Below, piece after piece: positions 44,385 through 57,400 of a stretch of DNA of 64,000 nucleotides (positions are counted from its first letter, which is position 1; the number at the start of each line of letters is the position of its first letter). The DNA comes from the human T2T-CHM13v2.0 reference genome, Homo sapiens, in assembly GCA_009914755.4 (NCBI GenBank), contig CP086569.2, positions 5,760,001 through 5,824,000 on the forward strand. The letters run 5' to 3'. The notes under the pieces are model-generated. The model was given only the letters and a program-made list of their open reading frames with translations, was not told where the DNA came from and ran no database searches. A program made the translations under genes and the position numbers.

Positions 44385-44829
44385 TGTAGCGGGACGAGAT
44401 GCAGACAAAATCCCTCAGACACCGAGTTAAAGAAGGAAGGGCTTTATTCGGCCAGAAGCGTTGGCAAGACTAACATCTCAAAAACCGAGCTCCCCGAGTG
44501 AGCAATTCCTGTCCCTTTTAAGGGCTTACAACTCTAAGGGGGTCCGCATGAGAGGGTCGTGATTGATTGAGCAAGCAGTGGGTACGTGACTGGGGGCTGC
44601 ATGCACTGGTACTTAGAATGGAACAGAACAGGACAGGGATTTTCACAATGCTTTTCCATCCACTGTCTGAAATCTATAGATAACACAAGCAGTTAGGTCA
44701 GGGGTTGATTTTTAACTATCAGGCCCAGGGTGTGGTGCTGGGCTATCTGCTTGTGGATTCCATTTCTGCATTTTAGTTTTTACTTCTTCTTCCTTTAGAG
44801 GCAGAAATTGGGCATAAGACCATATGAAG
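44385..44829 (-). mobile_element. Unidentified GC-rich LTR-like insertion (probable solo ERV LTR, antisense) nested in the L1
   Basis: It interrupts colinear L1 antisense sequence. The reverse complement has an R/U5-like '…gccgaataaagcccttccttctttaactcggtgtctgagggattttgtctgc'. Family is unknown. Confidence 0.4.
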
Positions 44830-47800
44830 GGTGGTCTCCTCCCTTACTTTTTGTTGTGATGCTAGGTTGCTAAATCAAGATCTTTCTAACTTTTGATGTG
44901 AGCATTTAGTGCTATGAATTTCTCTCTGAACACTACCTTAGCTGCATCTTAGAGATTCTGCTTTGTTGTATATTAGCTCTCATTAGTTCCAAAGAACTTC
45001 TTGATTTCTGCCTTAATTTCATTATTTACCAAAAAGTCATTCAGGAGCGGGTTGTTTAGATTCTACTCAATTGCATGATTTTCAGTTATTTTTGTAGTCT
45101 TGGATTCTATTTTTATGATTTTGATTCTTTTGAATTTGCTGAGAATTATTTTATTTTGGATTGTGTGGTCAATTTTAGTGTAGGTACCTTGTGAAGATGA
45201 GAAGAATGTATATTCTACTGTTGTTCAGTGGACAGTTTTGTAGATGTCTATCAGGTTTATTTGGTCCAGTATTGAGGTCAGGTCCTGTATATGTTTGTTA
45301 ATTTTCTGTCATGATGATCTGTCTAATACTGTCAGTGGGGTATTGAAGTCTCTCACTATTCTTGTGTGGGAGGCTAAGTCTCTTTAAAGGTCTCTAAGAA
45401 CTTCCTTTATGAATCTGTGTGCTCCTGGGTTAGGTGCATGTATATTAGGGACAATTAGGTCTTCTTGTTGAATTGAACTCTTTACCATTATGTAATTCCT
45501 TTCTTTGTCCTTTTTGATTTTTGTTGGTTTCAAGTCTGTTTTGTCTGAAATTAGGATTGCAACTCCTGGGTTTTTTTCCATTTGCTTCATAGATTTTTCT
45601 TCGTCCCTTTATTTTGAGCTTATGTTTGTCACTGCATGTGAAATGGGTCTTGTGAAGACAGCATAGTATTGGGTTCTCTTTCTTTATCCAGCTTGACACT
45701 CTGTACCTTTTATTTGGGGCTTTTAGCCCATTTACATTCAAGATTATTATTGATATATGTTTATTTGATCATGTTACAATGTTATTAGGTGATTGTTATG
45801 CAGACTTGTTTATGTGGTTGCTTTAAATCACTGGTTTGTGTACTTAAGTGTGTATTTCAGTGACTGGTAACAATCTTTCTTTCTCATATTTAGTGTTTCT
45901 TTCAGGAACACTTGTAAGGTCTAGTGGTAACTAATATCCTCAGCATTTGTTTGTCTGAAAATAATCTAATTACTCCTTCACTTATGAATCTTAGTTTGGC
46001 CAGATATAAAATTCTTGGTAGGAATTTCTTTTCTATAAGAATGTTGAATATAGGACTCTAAGCTCTTCTGGCTTGTAGGTTTTCTGCTTTGAGGTCTGCT
46101 GTTAGTCTAATGGGCTTCCCTTGGTAGGTGACTTGCCCTTTTCTCTAGCTGCCTGTAACATTATTTTTTATTTTTGACCCTGAAGAATATGATGGTTATG
46201 TATCTTAGGGACAATCTTCGTGTGAAGTATCTTACAGGGGTTCTCTGCATTTCTTGAATTTAACTATTTACCTTACTAGCTAATCTGGGGAAGTACTCAT
46301 GGATGATATTCTGAAATATGTTTTACTAGTTACTTTCATTCTCCCCTTCTCTTTCAGGGATGCCAATGGGTCATAAATTCAATCTCTTAATTCCATGTTT
46401 CTTGGAGATTTTGTTTGTTTCTTGTCATTTTTTAAATTCTTGTCTGACTGTCTTATTTCACAAAGCCAATCCTCAGGTTTGGAGATTCTTTTCAAAGCTT
46501 GGTCTATTTTTCTATTAATATGTGTGATTGCATTATGAAATTCTTGTAGTGTGTTTTTCAGCTTGATCAGTTCAGTTACTTTTCTATACCAGCTACTTTG
46601 TTTGTCAGCTGCTGTATCATTTTACTGTGATTCTTAGCTTCCTTAGGTTGGGTTTCAACATATTCCTAGATCTTGATCTTCATTCCTATGCACATTCTGA
46701 ATGCTATTTCTGTCATATCAGCCAACTCAGCCTGGTTAAGAATTCTTGCTGGAGAAATAGTATGGACATTTAAAGGAAAGAATGCATTCTGGCTTTTTGA
46801 GTTGTCAGAGTTCTTGTGCTTGTTCTTTCTCATCTGTGTGGGCTGGTATTCCTTCAATCTTTGAGGTTATTGTCTTTGGGAATTTTTTCCTTTTATCCTA
46901 TTTGATATCCTTTAGGGTTTGATTATGATATAACGTAGGTTTAGTCTCCTGGCTTCATTTCTTGAAGGTTTTAGGGGAGCAAGGCTCAGCTCAGGACTCC
47001 TTGACTGCATCCTCTAACTCTGGGAGAATGGCATCAAGCCCTGGCTTTGTTCTCTGTCTTCTCTAGGTTAGGAACCTGAGTGCTAGAGAGGCCAATGTGC
47101 TTTCAGACTGATGGTCATGACAGTCCAATGTGTGGTGCCAGCCAAAGTACTTTATATGGCAGTGGTAGTGGGATCCATCCTTGTCACACATGCCAGCAGT
47201 AGCAGCAGTGGGAACATGGTGGGGTGCATATTCGTTGGCTGTGGCAGGGTGTTAGCAGGTGTTTAGGTGCCAACCTCCAAGCAGATGTTCACAGCAGCAG
47301 TGGTGGCAGCACAGCTAGAGTGAATGCCAGGCTAGTGTCATGGGCAAGGCCAGCAGACTTAGGGGTGCTCAGGTTGGATGGGCTTCTTCTCATGGGCAAG
47401 ACTGGCATGCAGAGTTTAGGTTCCACAGTTCCCCTAGGACTAACATCTCCTATGGAGTCAAGTTGAGCCTAGGGAGATGGCCATCCCTGACCATGCTTCT
47501 CTACAGACACTCACACCAAACCCTCTGGACTCTACACTGGCTGGAATTCTGCCCCTACCATAACTCTTAGCAGCTCTCTCTGTCAACTCAAGTGTCCATG
47601 GTGGTTGAGGAGTCTCCTTCTGCCAGTATTCCAGAGACCCGTGGTGAGAACAGGTTGTTGATTGCTTGTTCAACTCACCCTTTTCCTCAGGGTTCTTAGG
47701 GGCTAGGAACAAGCCCTGATGCACAGTAGACCCGTGCAAGGTTCCTAGCTTCCTCCCCTTTCAGCCCAGCATCTGTGTTTTTGCTCCATCCACTGTCAAT

Positions 47801-48452
47801 GCCTTCTCTGTGAAGATCTACTGAGAGTGTGCCAGTCTTCCTGAAGTCCCATTTTTTTGGTGGGAGATGTTTATCCTGGCTGCATCTAATCAGCCATCTT
47901 ACCTCCTTCTCTGATTCCAGTTTTAAATGAAATTCTACTACGGGTAAAATTCAGTGAAAAAGCATCACTTGTTATGGAGAAAACTTTTATGAAAGGGAGA
48001 GTCAATTGATGCAGCAAATTTTAGTGTTGTTTTAAGAAATTGCCATGGCCAACCCCAACTTTCAGTAATCACAACCCAGATCAGTCAGCAGCCAACAATA
48101 TCAAGGCAAGACCCTCAATCGGCAAAAAGATTCTGACTCACTGATGGCTCCAATGATTGTTAGCATTTTTCAGCAATAAAATATTTTTAATAAAGGTATA
48201 TGCATTTTTTTGGACATAATGCTATTTCACACTTAATATAGTATAGTGCGAACAGAACTTTTATATTACTACCAAAATTTGAATGACTTGTTTTATGGAG
48301 GTGCTCTGGACCCAAACTATTTCTGAGGTATACCTGTTTTTCTTATCTCAATGCACTGCACCTTCCATGGGAAAAATTATAAACTATGAGATCATCCTTG
48401 ACCACCTCCCACTTCCTCTTTCTTCCTCTCCAATATACCACTAATTCTGTAG

Positions 48453-48864
<412 letters not shown>

Positions 48865-51800
48865 TTACTACATTATTCTTATGAGTGATGTAATGCATCT
48901 AAGCATCTACCCTTTTCCCTTATCAATCTATGCTCTCCTCTGCATCCAGAAAGAGTGTTACAAATACAAATGTTATCAAGTCACTCAGTTGTTTGAAAAC
49001 TTGGAATGACTTCCCAATTCTCTTAGGAAAACAAAAGAGCTCGACATTAGTCTGTAGATACTATAAGTTTTAGCCCTTACATCTCCTTGTACGACTCTCT
49101 CTTTTGTTCTCTGTGCTCCTGTCATGCTGGGTTTCTTTCAGTTTTTTTTTTTTTTTAAATATATGCCCCAGGGCCTTCACATTTGCTTTTTTCCCTACCT
49201 ATAAATCTCCTAAGCAGTCCCTCTCTCACTACCATACAACCCTACCCTACCTAATCATTAATTCCTCATTGAAATCTTTCTTAACTTTTCTGACTAGATT
49301 AGATCCCTTTATTGTACAATTTCATATTAATATGTACTTCTCCTTCATGGCACATAACACAGATTATGTTAGTTTTCTTTGTGTAATTATTTGGTTAATA
49401 TTTATCTCCCCAACTATCTGCTATGGGTCATGAAACCAGAGGCAGCGACTATTTTTCCCACTATTTCTACCCAATTACCTACTTCAGTGACTGGCATGTA
49501 GTACATCTTCAGTAAATCTAAATAAATTAATAAAAGAAACAAAGAGAGTGAAAGAAGTAATACACACACACACATAAAAAGAGAAAGAGAATTCTGTACG
49601 TGTTCTTGTATTTGTGTAACATATTTAATATTGATTGTCCCTGTCCTAGGATTTATGTGATAACTTATTTGAAAAAGACAAGATTTTAGAGTTTTTCCAG
49701 AGACACAATGCTGAGAGCAATGCTGTCCAGTGGAACATCCTGCAATGATGGCACTGTTCTTTATTGGTACTGACAATAGAGTAGCTACTACTTACATGTG
49801 GTTGTTAAGCAACTGAAATGCAGCCAGTGTGACTGAGAAAGTAAATTTTTAATCTTATTTTATTTTGACTATTTTCTATTTAAGTAAATACATGTGTCTG
49901 TGTTGCATGGAGCGGATATAGAGATCAATTTTAAGCAGGATAAATTCATAAAGAAGCCTAGTATGTCCCTGGTAGAAGTTAAATTATCTTCCAAGCCCTC
50001 AGATTTTTCACCTTCCACTAATTAAACAAAATATTATGAAATCCTAAAGTTTCCCAGAGTTGGCCATTGGATTTCAGAGGAAGGGTAAGGTGAAAGCCAA
50101 GTGATTGAGGATAGGTACTTTCCACTGCTTTCTACTCCTACACTTTCAAAAAAGAGCAGAATTTTGTGTATTTGGTAAATTAATTTTTCACTTAACTTAT
50201 TTGCATAAAGATCTGTACCACTTGAAAATTTTGAAAACCACTACCTTGTATAACAGATTGTACCCATATTCAGAAAGCAGTACACGATATGTTTCCAGTA
50301 TGTGGCTGTACATATTTATAGGAAGGGAAAGTTGCTATTCATGCAGAATGATAGGAGAGGCACAAGATGGTCTCTCTACCTCTGTTTTTTCTCTCTCACC
50401 CACCTACCATAGTACAAATGAATATATGTACATAGAATATGAAAGATGTACAAAACAGGTCTAGAAATTATCTTGTCAAAACTTGTCCCATAACAATGAA
50501 TTCCTAACAGAATACCTGACAAAAGCAAATTAACTGTTTTAGAGCAGAGACTGGAATAGAGAAGTCAGTGTAGTTGAGTAACCCAATTTTCCTAAGAGAA
50601 AGATAAGAAGTTATTTTAAAATTATTATTATTATTTTGTTTCTCTTTCCTTCATTCCTCTTGTTCTCGGCTTTCCACTTAGCTCTTTAGAAACACAATTA
50701 TAATCTTTACCTTCCCTTTACCAGACACTCCCTATACAGCAAGCTTATTTATATGCTTATTTAGAAGCTCCAGAGCCAGAACTCTCTCCCAGCAGGAGAT
50801 TTCCTTGAGACAACAGTCAATTTACAACCTAAATTATGCTCACGATGAAACTCTCTCTCACCTGGAAAGCATCTTGCGACATCAGCCACTTTACAACCTC
50901 ACTCTGCCCATAATGGCACCAGCTCAACCACCTGGTAGATAACTCCAAGTCATGTAACTCCCACACCTGCTCACTCTCTTCTCTGCATGCCTTTTAGTGA
51001 AAGCTGCCCTTTAAAACTCCTTTTTTCTGCCCCTAAAGTAAAGCAATTCCCTTAAAGGCAGGAGCCTGTACCTCTTCCCCTGTGCTAAGCTTTGAAACAG
51101 TCACTTCCTTTATACCAGACCTTGCTCTTGTTAATTGAACTCTGCAAGTGGTGAGTGACTGAACTTGCATTTCAGTTACAGCAGTAATGACTGTAATGTT
51201 TTATAAATACATACCAATAGTGGACCAAGTTGCCAGAGACAATTGGAGTTAAGGAGCTAAGGCAGAATAAGTTGGTTGTGGCAGATAGAGGCCAAACATT
51301 CAAAGCAAAAAAAAAAAAAAAAAAAACTAAAGCAGTAACTGCAGTAACTCATGCTGAAACACAGAGGAGCAATTAGAAAGGCCACAGCTGACAACCAGGC
51401 AAACAAATTAGTGGTTAGCAGGTAGTCAGGAAGCTGAGATTCATTACAATAAAGACTAAAAGATCAGATAACAGTCAGTTTTACTAGAGAGGTGAGTGCT
51501 TCTGAAAATCATGCTGGCTATTGCCCTACTGTTAAAGAATGTAACTAATGTAACTGACCTCCTTTTATAACCTTCTTAGTAGTGGTTCTCATTTTTTAAG
51601 AAGTCTGTGTTTTCCCTATGGCCTTGAGTATGCTTGCTGTCTTAACAGTCATTCAACTTTTTCCTGAGCATTTACAGTAAATGGAAAAGGAAATGAAGAA
51701 GATTGAACACCTGTTACTTGCCTGAAAGTGTAGCAGAAGAGAGCTAACCAGATAGCTAAATAAACACTCTCATGGGATATTAATCAACAATTTGATATAT

Positions 51801-54450
51801 AAATAAGTACCCTTACTAATAAGATTTTACAAGTAGGAAGCTCAAAAAAGTGAGGTAAAGAATCCAAGTTTACATAGCTAGTTTGAAGTGGTGAAATGTA
51901 TCAACTCAAGACTTTTATTATCCCCTATGCCCTTTTTTATGTATTTTATGGACTACTAAGACTCCTCTCAGTATGTGAGGCTGAAAACTAATCTCTGATT
52001 AGTCCAGATTTTGACAAAAATATGGCCAGTACTCTAGAACTAAGTTATTATTTTCAGAGGATCTCTTTTAGAATGTATGATTCCTGGGAGGAATTAATTA
52101 AACCGTACAACACACTGCAATACAATTTTTTTTAATCAGATAAGTCGTGGGAGGCCAAGACTCCAGGGAATCAGAACAAAGGGTAGGATCATAATGGGGG
52201 CAATGGGGGTTATAGTGAGAAGTATTGGAAGGCATAGGGGGTAAAGAAGTAAAAACATTAATAGAGGCCAATTTTTAGAGAAAACAGGATAAATCGACTT
52301 TTTAATAGGCAATCTTTATTATACTGTTTGATTTTTTTTAACAGCCAGGAGAAAGTTCCAGCTAAAATATTTCACCTGTGGCCATATTGATTATTTTGCA
52401 ATAGCCTATCATTTCTTACCATATTTTTAAAAGCTATGCCTTGTGGTTATTAAGAGGTGATTCTACAATACTTTTCTGAGTGATAGCTTTCATCTGACAA
52501 TGCATCATATTTAATGAGTAGTAAAACTGTAATTCAGTCTTTGATCACTGTCAACAAACAACTTGGGTTGGCAAGGAGCTATTAAGTGTATGCTGCATTG
52601 ACAATTTATTTTCTTTTAGGCTATTTTATAGTAAAAAAAAATCACCTGGTATAAAGTGTTGTGTTAATTGTTTATAACTAACTAGTAGAATTTGACTGCA
52701 GAGTTAATCTTAGGCAATAATTTCTTCAACTACCAGTGGAATTTTGCACTCAAAGTTGTTAAAGATTTCTTTCATTCAAATCCCTGAAGTGTGGTGCAGT
52801 TCTAGTCATTGTAAAGATTTTTTCAGGAGATGGGAGAAAGATCTAATAAGGTCATTTTTCACAGTGTTATACTGAGAGTTGTCTTGGATGGAATGGCTCT
52901 GCAGTTCATCAGTTTTGATATTTATATTCAGTACCTCTGAGTAGTTAAAGATCAATGACACCATAAAATGCATTTATCTCATACATACTTTAAAACATCT
53001 CACAACAAAGCATTTAGAGAACTGTGTCAAAAACATGACTAGATCTTGTAACTTACAAAAAGGGACACATTTTGCCTTTTTATATTTTCCATTTTTAAAA
53101 TTTTTTTAAAGAGTGTGTTTATTACAAAGATATTTTAGGAGCAAAGATAAAAAAATGTATTCCAAAAATGAGCCTGTACATTCTAGGACTTCTGATATTG
53201 TGACTAAAGTGAGATATATTCTATTAACCTTTTCCAAATAGGATTGTACTTGTTTATAAATGATGTCCAGCATTTGGTCCCAAATGCAAATTTTAACTTC
53301 ATAATCATATAAAAAACTTGAACTGATATATCAAACCCACATACTATCTAACTTTTAAATGTATATCTATTTTTATTTCATAATCACAATAACAGTAAAA
53401 TGCAATATTTCTCTGACTTCTTATAATAATTTCCCCCTATCCTTCTACAAGAATTCAGGGAGTTTCCAGACCCTTTCTCTTGTGGGCTTATGCGTAGGAG
53501 ATTCTTATGTTATCTTCTCTCAGTGTCAGCATCAGTATGTCACATGCTCCTTAAATCTGGGTTTCTGTAGTGACATGTTCTGCTACTTCACTGTGCCTGA
53601 GAAATGATGTGCTATGATCCAATGATAATTATATTGCATCGGCTCAGTTGTCCTGCACACTTTATGATAAGCTTGTGAAACAGAGCTGTCTTCTGTTTTT
53701 TGTTTCTTTTGTATATTTCCATGATGATGATCTATGTTAGTTACTCACTTCTAAATGAGTAAAAATAAAAGGCAGTACAACACAGTGGTTAACAATATGG
53801 ACTCTGACACTTCAGTACTTGGGTTTGATTGTCAACTCTACTACTACTAGCTATGTAGCATTCAAAAAACTACTTGATTCCCCTTTGCCACCATAGCCTT
53901 ATTTACTAAATGTGGGTAATGACAATCAGATCTGCCGCATAGGATGGTTTATGAAAATTAAAAGATTTAATGTGCATAAACTACTTAATGCATGACACAT
54001 AATAAACATTATATCAATGTATTATTATTATTATTGCTGATTCCTCTCTTTAAGGTACCATTATGAGTACAGGGTGACTAAGCCCTATGTGACACCTAAA
54101 ACTTAAGAGTTTGGTTGATACAATTAAGCAAAAACTATTAGGCAGAAAGTCTCAGCAACAAGGACTATCCAATCTGTTGTATAGAATTCCGAATTCCAAC
54201 AACCATTTTTGTTTTAAAGATATGTGTCATTATTATTTGACATGGAGATAAAATAGACTTCTACCCAAGATGATGAATTATGAAGAATATGTCAAATCAA
54301 TAAAAATGCAGAATAAATAATTGTTAGATATAGTTATGACAACTGTCAGTATGAAGGATTAAAAAAGGAGCACATCAGGAATTAGGATGTCAAATAACAT
54401 TAATGATGTAGCTTAAATAGAAAATCCTGTTTTTAAGACATTACTCTGTA

Positions 54451-57400
54451 AGAAGCACCAAGATGGCTGAGTAGAAGCAGATGGTGTGTGCTGTTCTCAT
54501 GGGGAAAAGACAGAGTGGTGAGTAAACACTACCTCTTCAAGTGATAATCCAGGAAGCCTCATTGGGATTCATAAAAAAAGCAATGGTGCCACATGAACAC
54601 CAGTAAAAACTGAGGCAGGACAGCTGCCTACCTGGGATTGGTGCAGAGCCAGGGGAGGCTCCCTACCATGAGAAAAGGGTGAGTGAGGGAGAACCCTTGG
54701 GGACTCAAATTTATGCCACAAACCTTTGAGGTTATGGGCACTGAAGATCCCCATTGGCACCCCCAGGCTTATAGTCCAACACAGAGAGCTTCCTGGTGTC
54801 TCGGCAGAGCCACAGCTCAAGCTCATGTTCAGCCCCATTAGTGTGGTTTCCTTGTGCCAGCTTTCATAGCCCTGCCAACAAGGGAGGCCAGGCTCTCTCA
54901 CACATCCCTAAGATAGGGGCCATATTCATGATGGTGAGGAGCAGAGAGACCACAAACCCCACCTCTGCTGTATCTCATCAGGCAAGGTCCATTGGCTGGG
55001 GTCCACAGAACAACCACCCGACCCCTGTCTGAGCACTCCAGCTGGTTGTGGCCCTGCATTTCTCTGAAATACAGCTACCGGAAGTAACTTACAGGTCTGC
55101 TGCAATTGCTATGGTTGTGGACCCCACCCCTGCTGCTCTCAGGCTGGGGAGGCAGCAAAGAATCCAAGAAATATAGTGGGCCTCCAGCAAGCCACAGCTG
55201 CCCTATGAAAAGGTATCCAGATTGTTTTCCACATCTGACCCTGCTTCTGCTGCTCCTCACTGGGCAGAGCCTCCTGGCTTTGGCCCACAGTGCAGCCACC
55301 TCACACCTGCTTAATCACATCGGTCCATGGCAGCTCTGTATTTCTCCAGGATGGAGCTCCCAGAGACAACTGACAGACCCTCTGCCATTGCTGCCACCAT
55401 TGCTCCCCCCAGGCTAGGAGGAAACAAAGAGCCTGATTGTTTTCACATGCCTACAGTATGCCACAGCCATTTTATGTAGAAGAGTTTAGATTGCCTTTAA
55501 TGTGAACTGAGCACCCTGTTCTTTGTCAGGCAGTCCTCCACTCCCCACCCTCAGCTTGGGTCTGCAGTACAGCAGCCCCACTCCTGGCTGATCATCACAA
55601 TCAGCAATGGCTCTGCATTTCTCTGGGGTGGAGTTCCCAGAGGCAACTAACAGCCCCTCTTCCACTGCTGCCACTGTATACCCTGCCTTGCTGCCCTAGT
55701 GATGGAAAGGGAACAATTCACCTGATTGCTGTGTTTATATCTCCAGCATGCCATAGCCGCCCTACAGAGGGAAGGCCAGACTGTCTTCCCTGTTAGTCCC
55801 TGCCCCCACTGCTCTTTACAAGGCAGGGCTCCCTAGCATGGGTCATAGCACACCTGCCACATCCCCAGCTGTTTACTAATCAGCCATGGTTTTTCATTTA
55901 GCTGAGGTGGAATACCCAGAGTCAACTGACAGGCCCTCTGCCATTGCTGCTGCCATGGTCCCCACCCCTGCTGCCTCCAAGCTGAGGAGGGAAGAAAAAA
56001 CTTCACCACACTCCAGGGTGGCAGTGCACAGCTTGGGAGTGGTGAACGGAGATCTGTGACCAGCACTCTGAAAGGAGAGGAGTTTACACTCCCAGAGCAC
56101 TGAGAGGGGTAAGTTGCATGGGCTCATGGGCTGTCACAGGTGGGGAGAATGCCTGCCTCCACAAAGCCAGCCCAGAAAATGTGAGGCCTGTTTCCCTCCT
56201 GCCTGCTGCCTCTGCCTGAGGAAGCCCCATGAACCAAAAGAGCTAAGAAAAGAGAAACTGACACAGTGCCAGTGATATGAGGAAGCTCCCCTAAGGTCCA
56301 GATGTATAGCTAATGAGGTCATCTCTCTCTCTGTTGCAACACAGAGCACAGCTACAAACGCCAGGAAACACAAAGAAGCCAGTGGCTTAGTAAGAGCCTA
56401 CCTACTGCCAGTACTCTTAAGAACCATCTACTGCATCTCAGCCCAATGTAAAACACCAAAACTACTAAGCTAATATACCCCCCTATGGAACCAAGGGCAG
56501 TAATTCAGTCACAAAAAAAGAAAGACTCTACACAGAGCATTGGCTTTCTGAAACCATCTACAAACAAAGCTAACTGACTATATTCAACTTATAACCACAA
56601 TTAAAAGAACATCAACCCTTCCAGATGAGAAATAATTAGCACAAGAACCCTGGCAATTCAAAAACCGAAGTGTCTATGTACCTCCAAGGGAGTCCACTAG
56701 TCTCCAACAATGAATCTTAAGTTGGAAATAATAGATATAGAATTCAGAATCTTTATGGCAAGGAAGTGCATTGAGTTGCAAGAGAAAGTTGAAACTCAAT
56801 CCAAGGAATCCAGTAAGATGATCCAAGAGCTGAAATACAATATAGCTATTTTTAGAAATAACCAAACTAAACTTTTAGAGCTGAAAAACTCACTACAAGA
56901 ATTTCATACTTCTATGTAAAGTATTAACAGCAGAATAGACCATGCTGAGCATAGAATTTCAGAACATGAAAAATGGTTCTGTAAATCAACTCAGTCAGAC
57001 AAAAATGAAGAAAAAAAATTGTTAAAAAATGAACAAAACGTCCAATAAATAATGGGGTTATGTAAAGAGACCAAGTGTTTGACTTATTGGCATTCCTAGG
57101 AGAGAGAAGAAGGGGGAAAATAACTTGGAAAATATATTTGAGGATATAGTCCATGAACATTTCTCTACTCTCACTAGAGAGATGGACATTCAAATCCAAG
57201 AAATAGAAAGAATTTCAGCTAGATATTTTACAAGATGACCAACCACTAAGGCACATAGTCATCAGATTCAACAAGCTCAACGCAAAATAAAAAAGGCTTA
57301 AAGGAAGCTAGAGAGAAGGATAAAGTCATATACACAGCAAACTCATTCAGCTAGCAGCAGACATCTCAGCAGAAACATTATAAACATAAGTGATTGCAGA

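Larger units (their letters stand above)
38543..47922 (-). mobile_element. L1 (older primate subfamily), 5' end complete but 3' end internally polyadenylated within ORF2; about 5.6 kb of L1 sequence interrupted by four nested insertions
   Basis: A T35 run at 38543-38577 is the antisense A-tail, followed by antisense ORF2 from about L1 position 5350. Antisense ORF2, ORF1 and 5'UTR then run colinear to the 5' terminus 'agagaaggaggtaagatggctgattagatgcagcc' (reverse complement of 47870-47922). A 12-bp target-site duplication gactccagtttt / gattccagtttt lies in the Tigger1 host. Confidence 0.85.
36592..48336 (+). mobile_element. Tigger1 (pogo-superfamily DNA transposon), split by a 9.4-kb L1 insertion into 36592-38542 and 47923-48336
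   Basis: The 5' TIR is 'caggaatatcttattttattgcacttcactttattgtgccttgcggatatcgtg', matching the Tigger1 'CAGGCATACCTCGTTTTATTGCGCTTCGCTTTATTGCG…'. The 3' part ends …ggaggtgctctggacccaaactatttctgaggtatacctg. The transposase sense strand is the + strand. Confidence 0.8.

Noticed and set aside
49690-49900. Segment reminiscent of a palindromic MER-type DNA-transposon/MITE ('…gctgtccagtggaacatcctgcaatgatgg…acatgtggttgttaagcaactgaaatgcagccagtg…')
   Set aside because: The similarity to a remembered consensus (the 'cagcactgtccaatagaaat…gagccacatgtggctag' element) is too weak for me to assert without a Dfam search.
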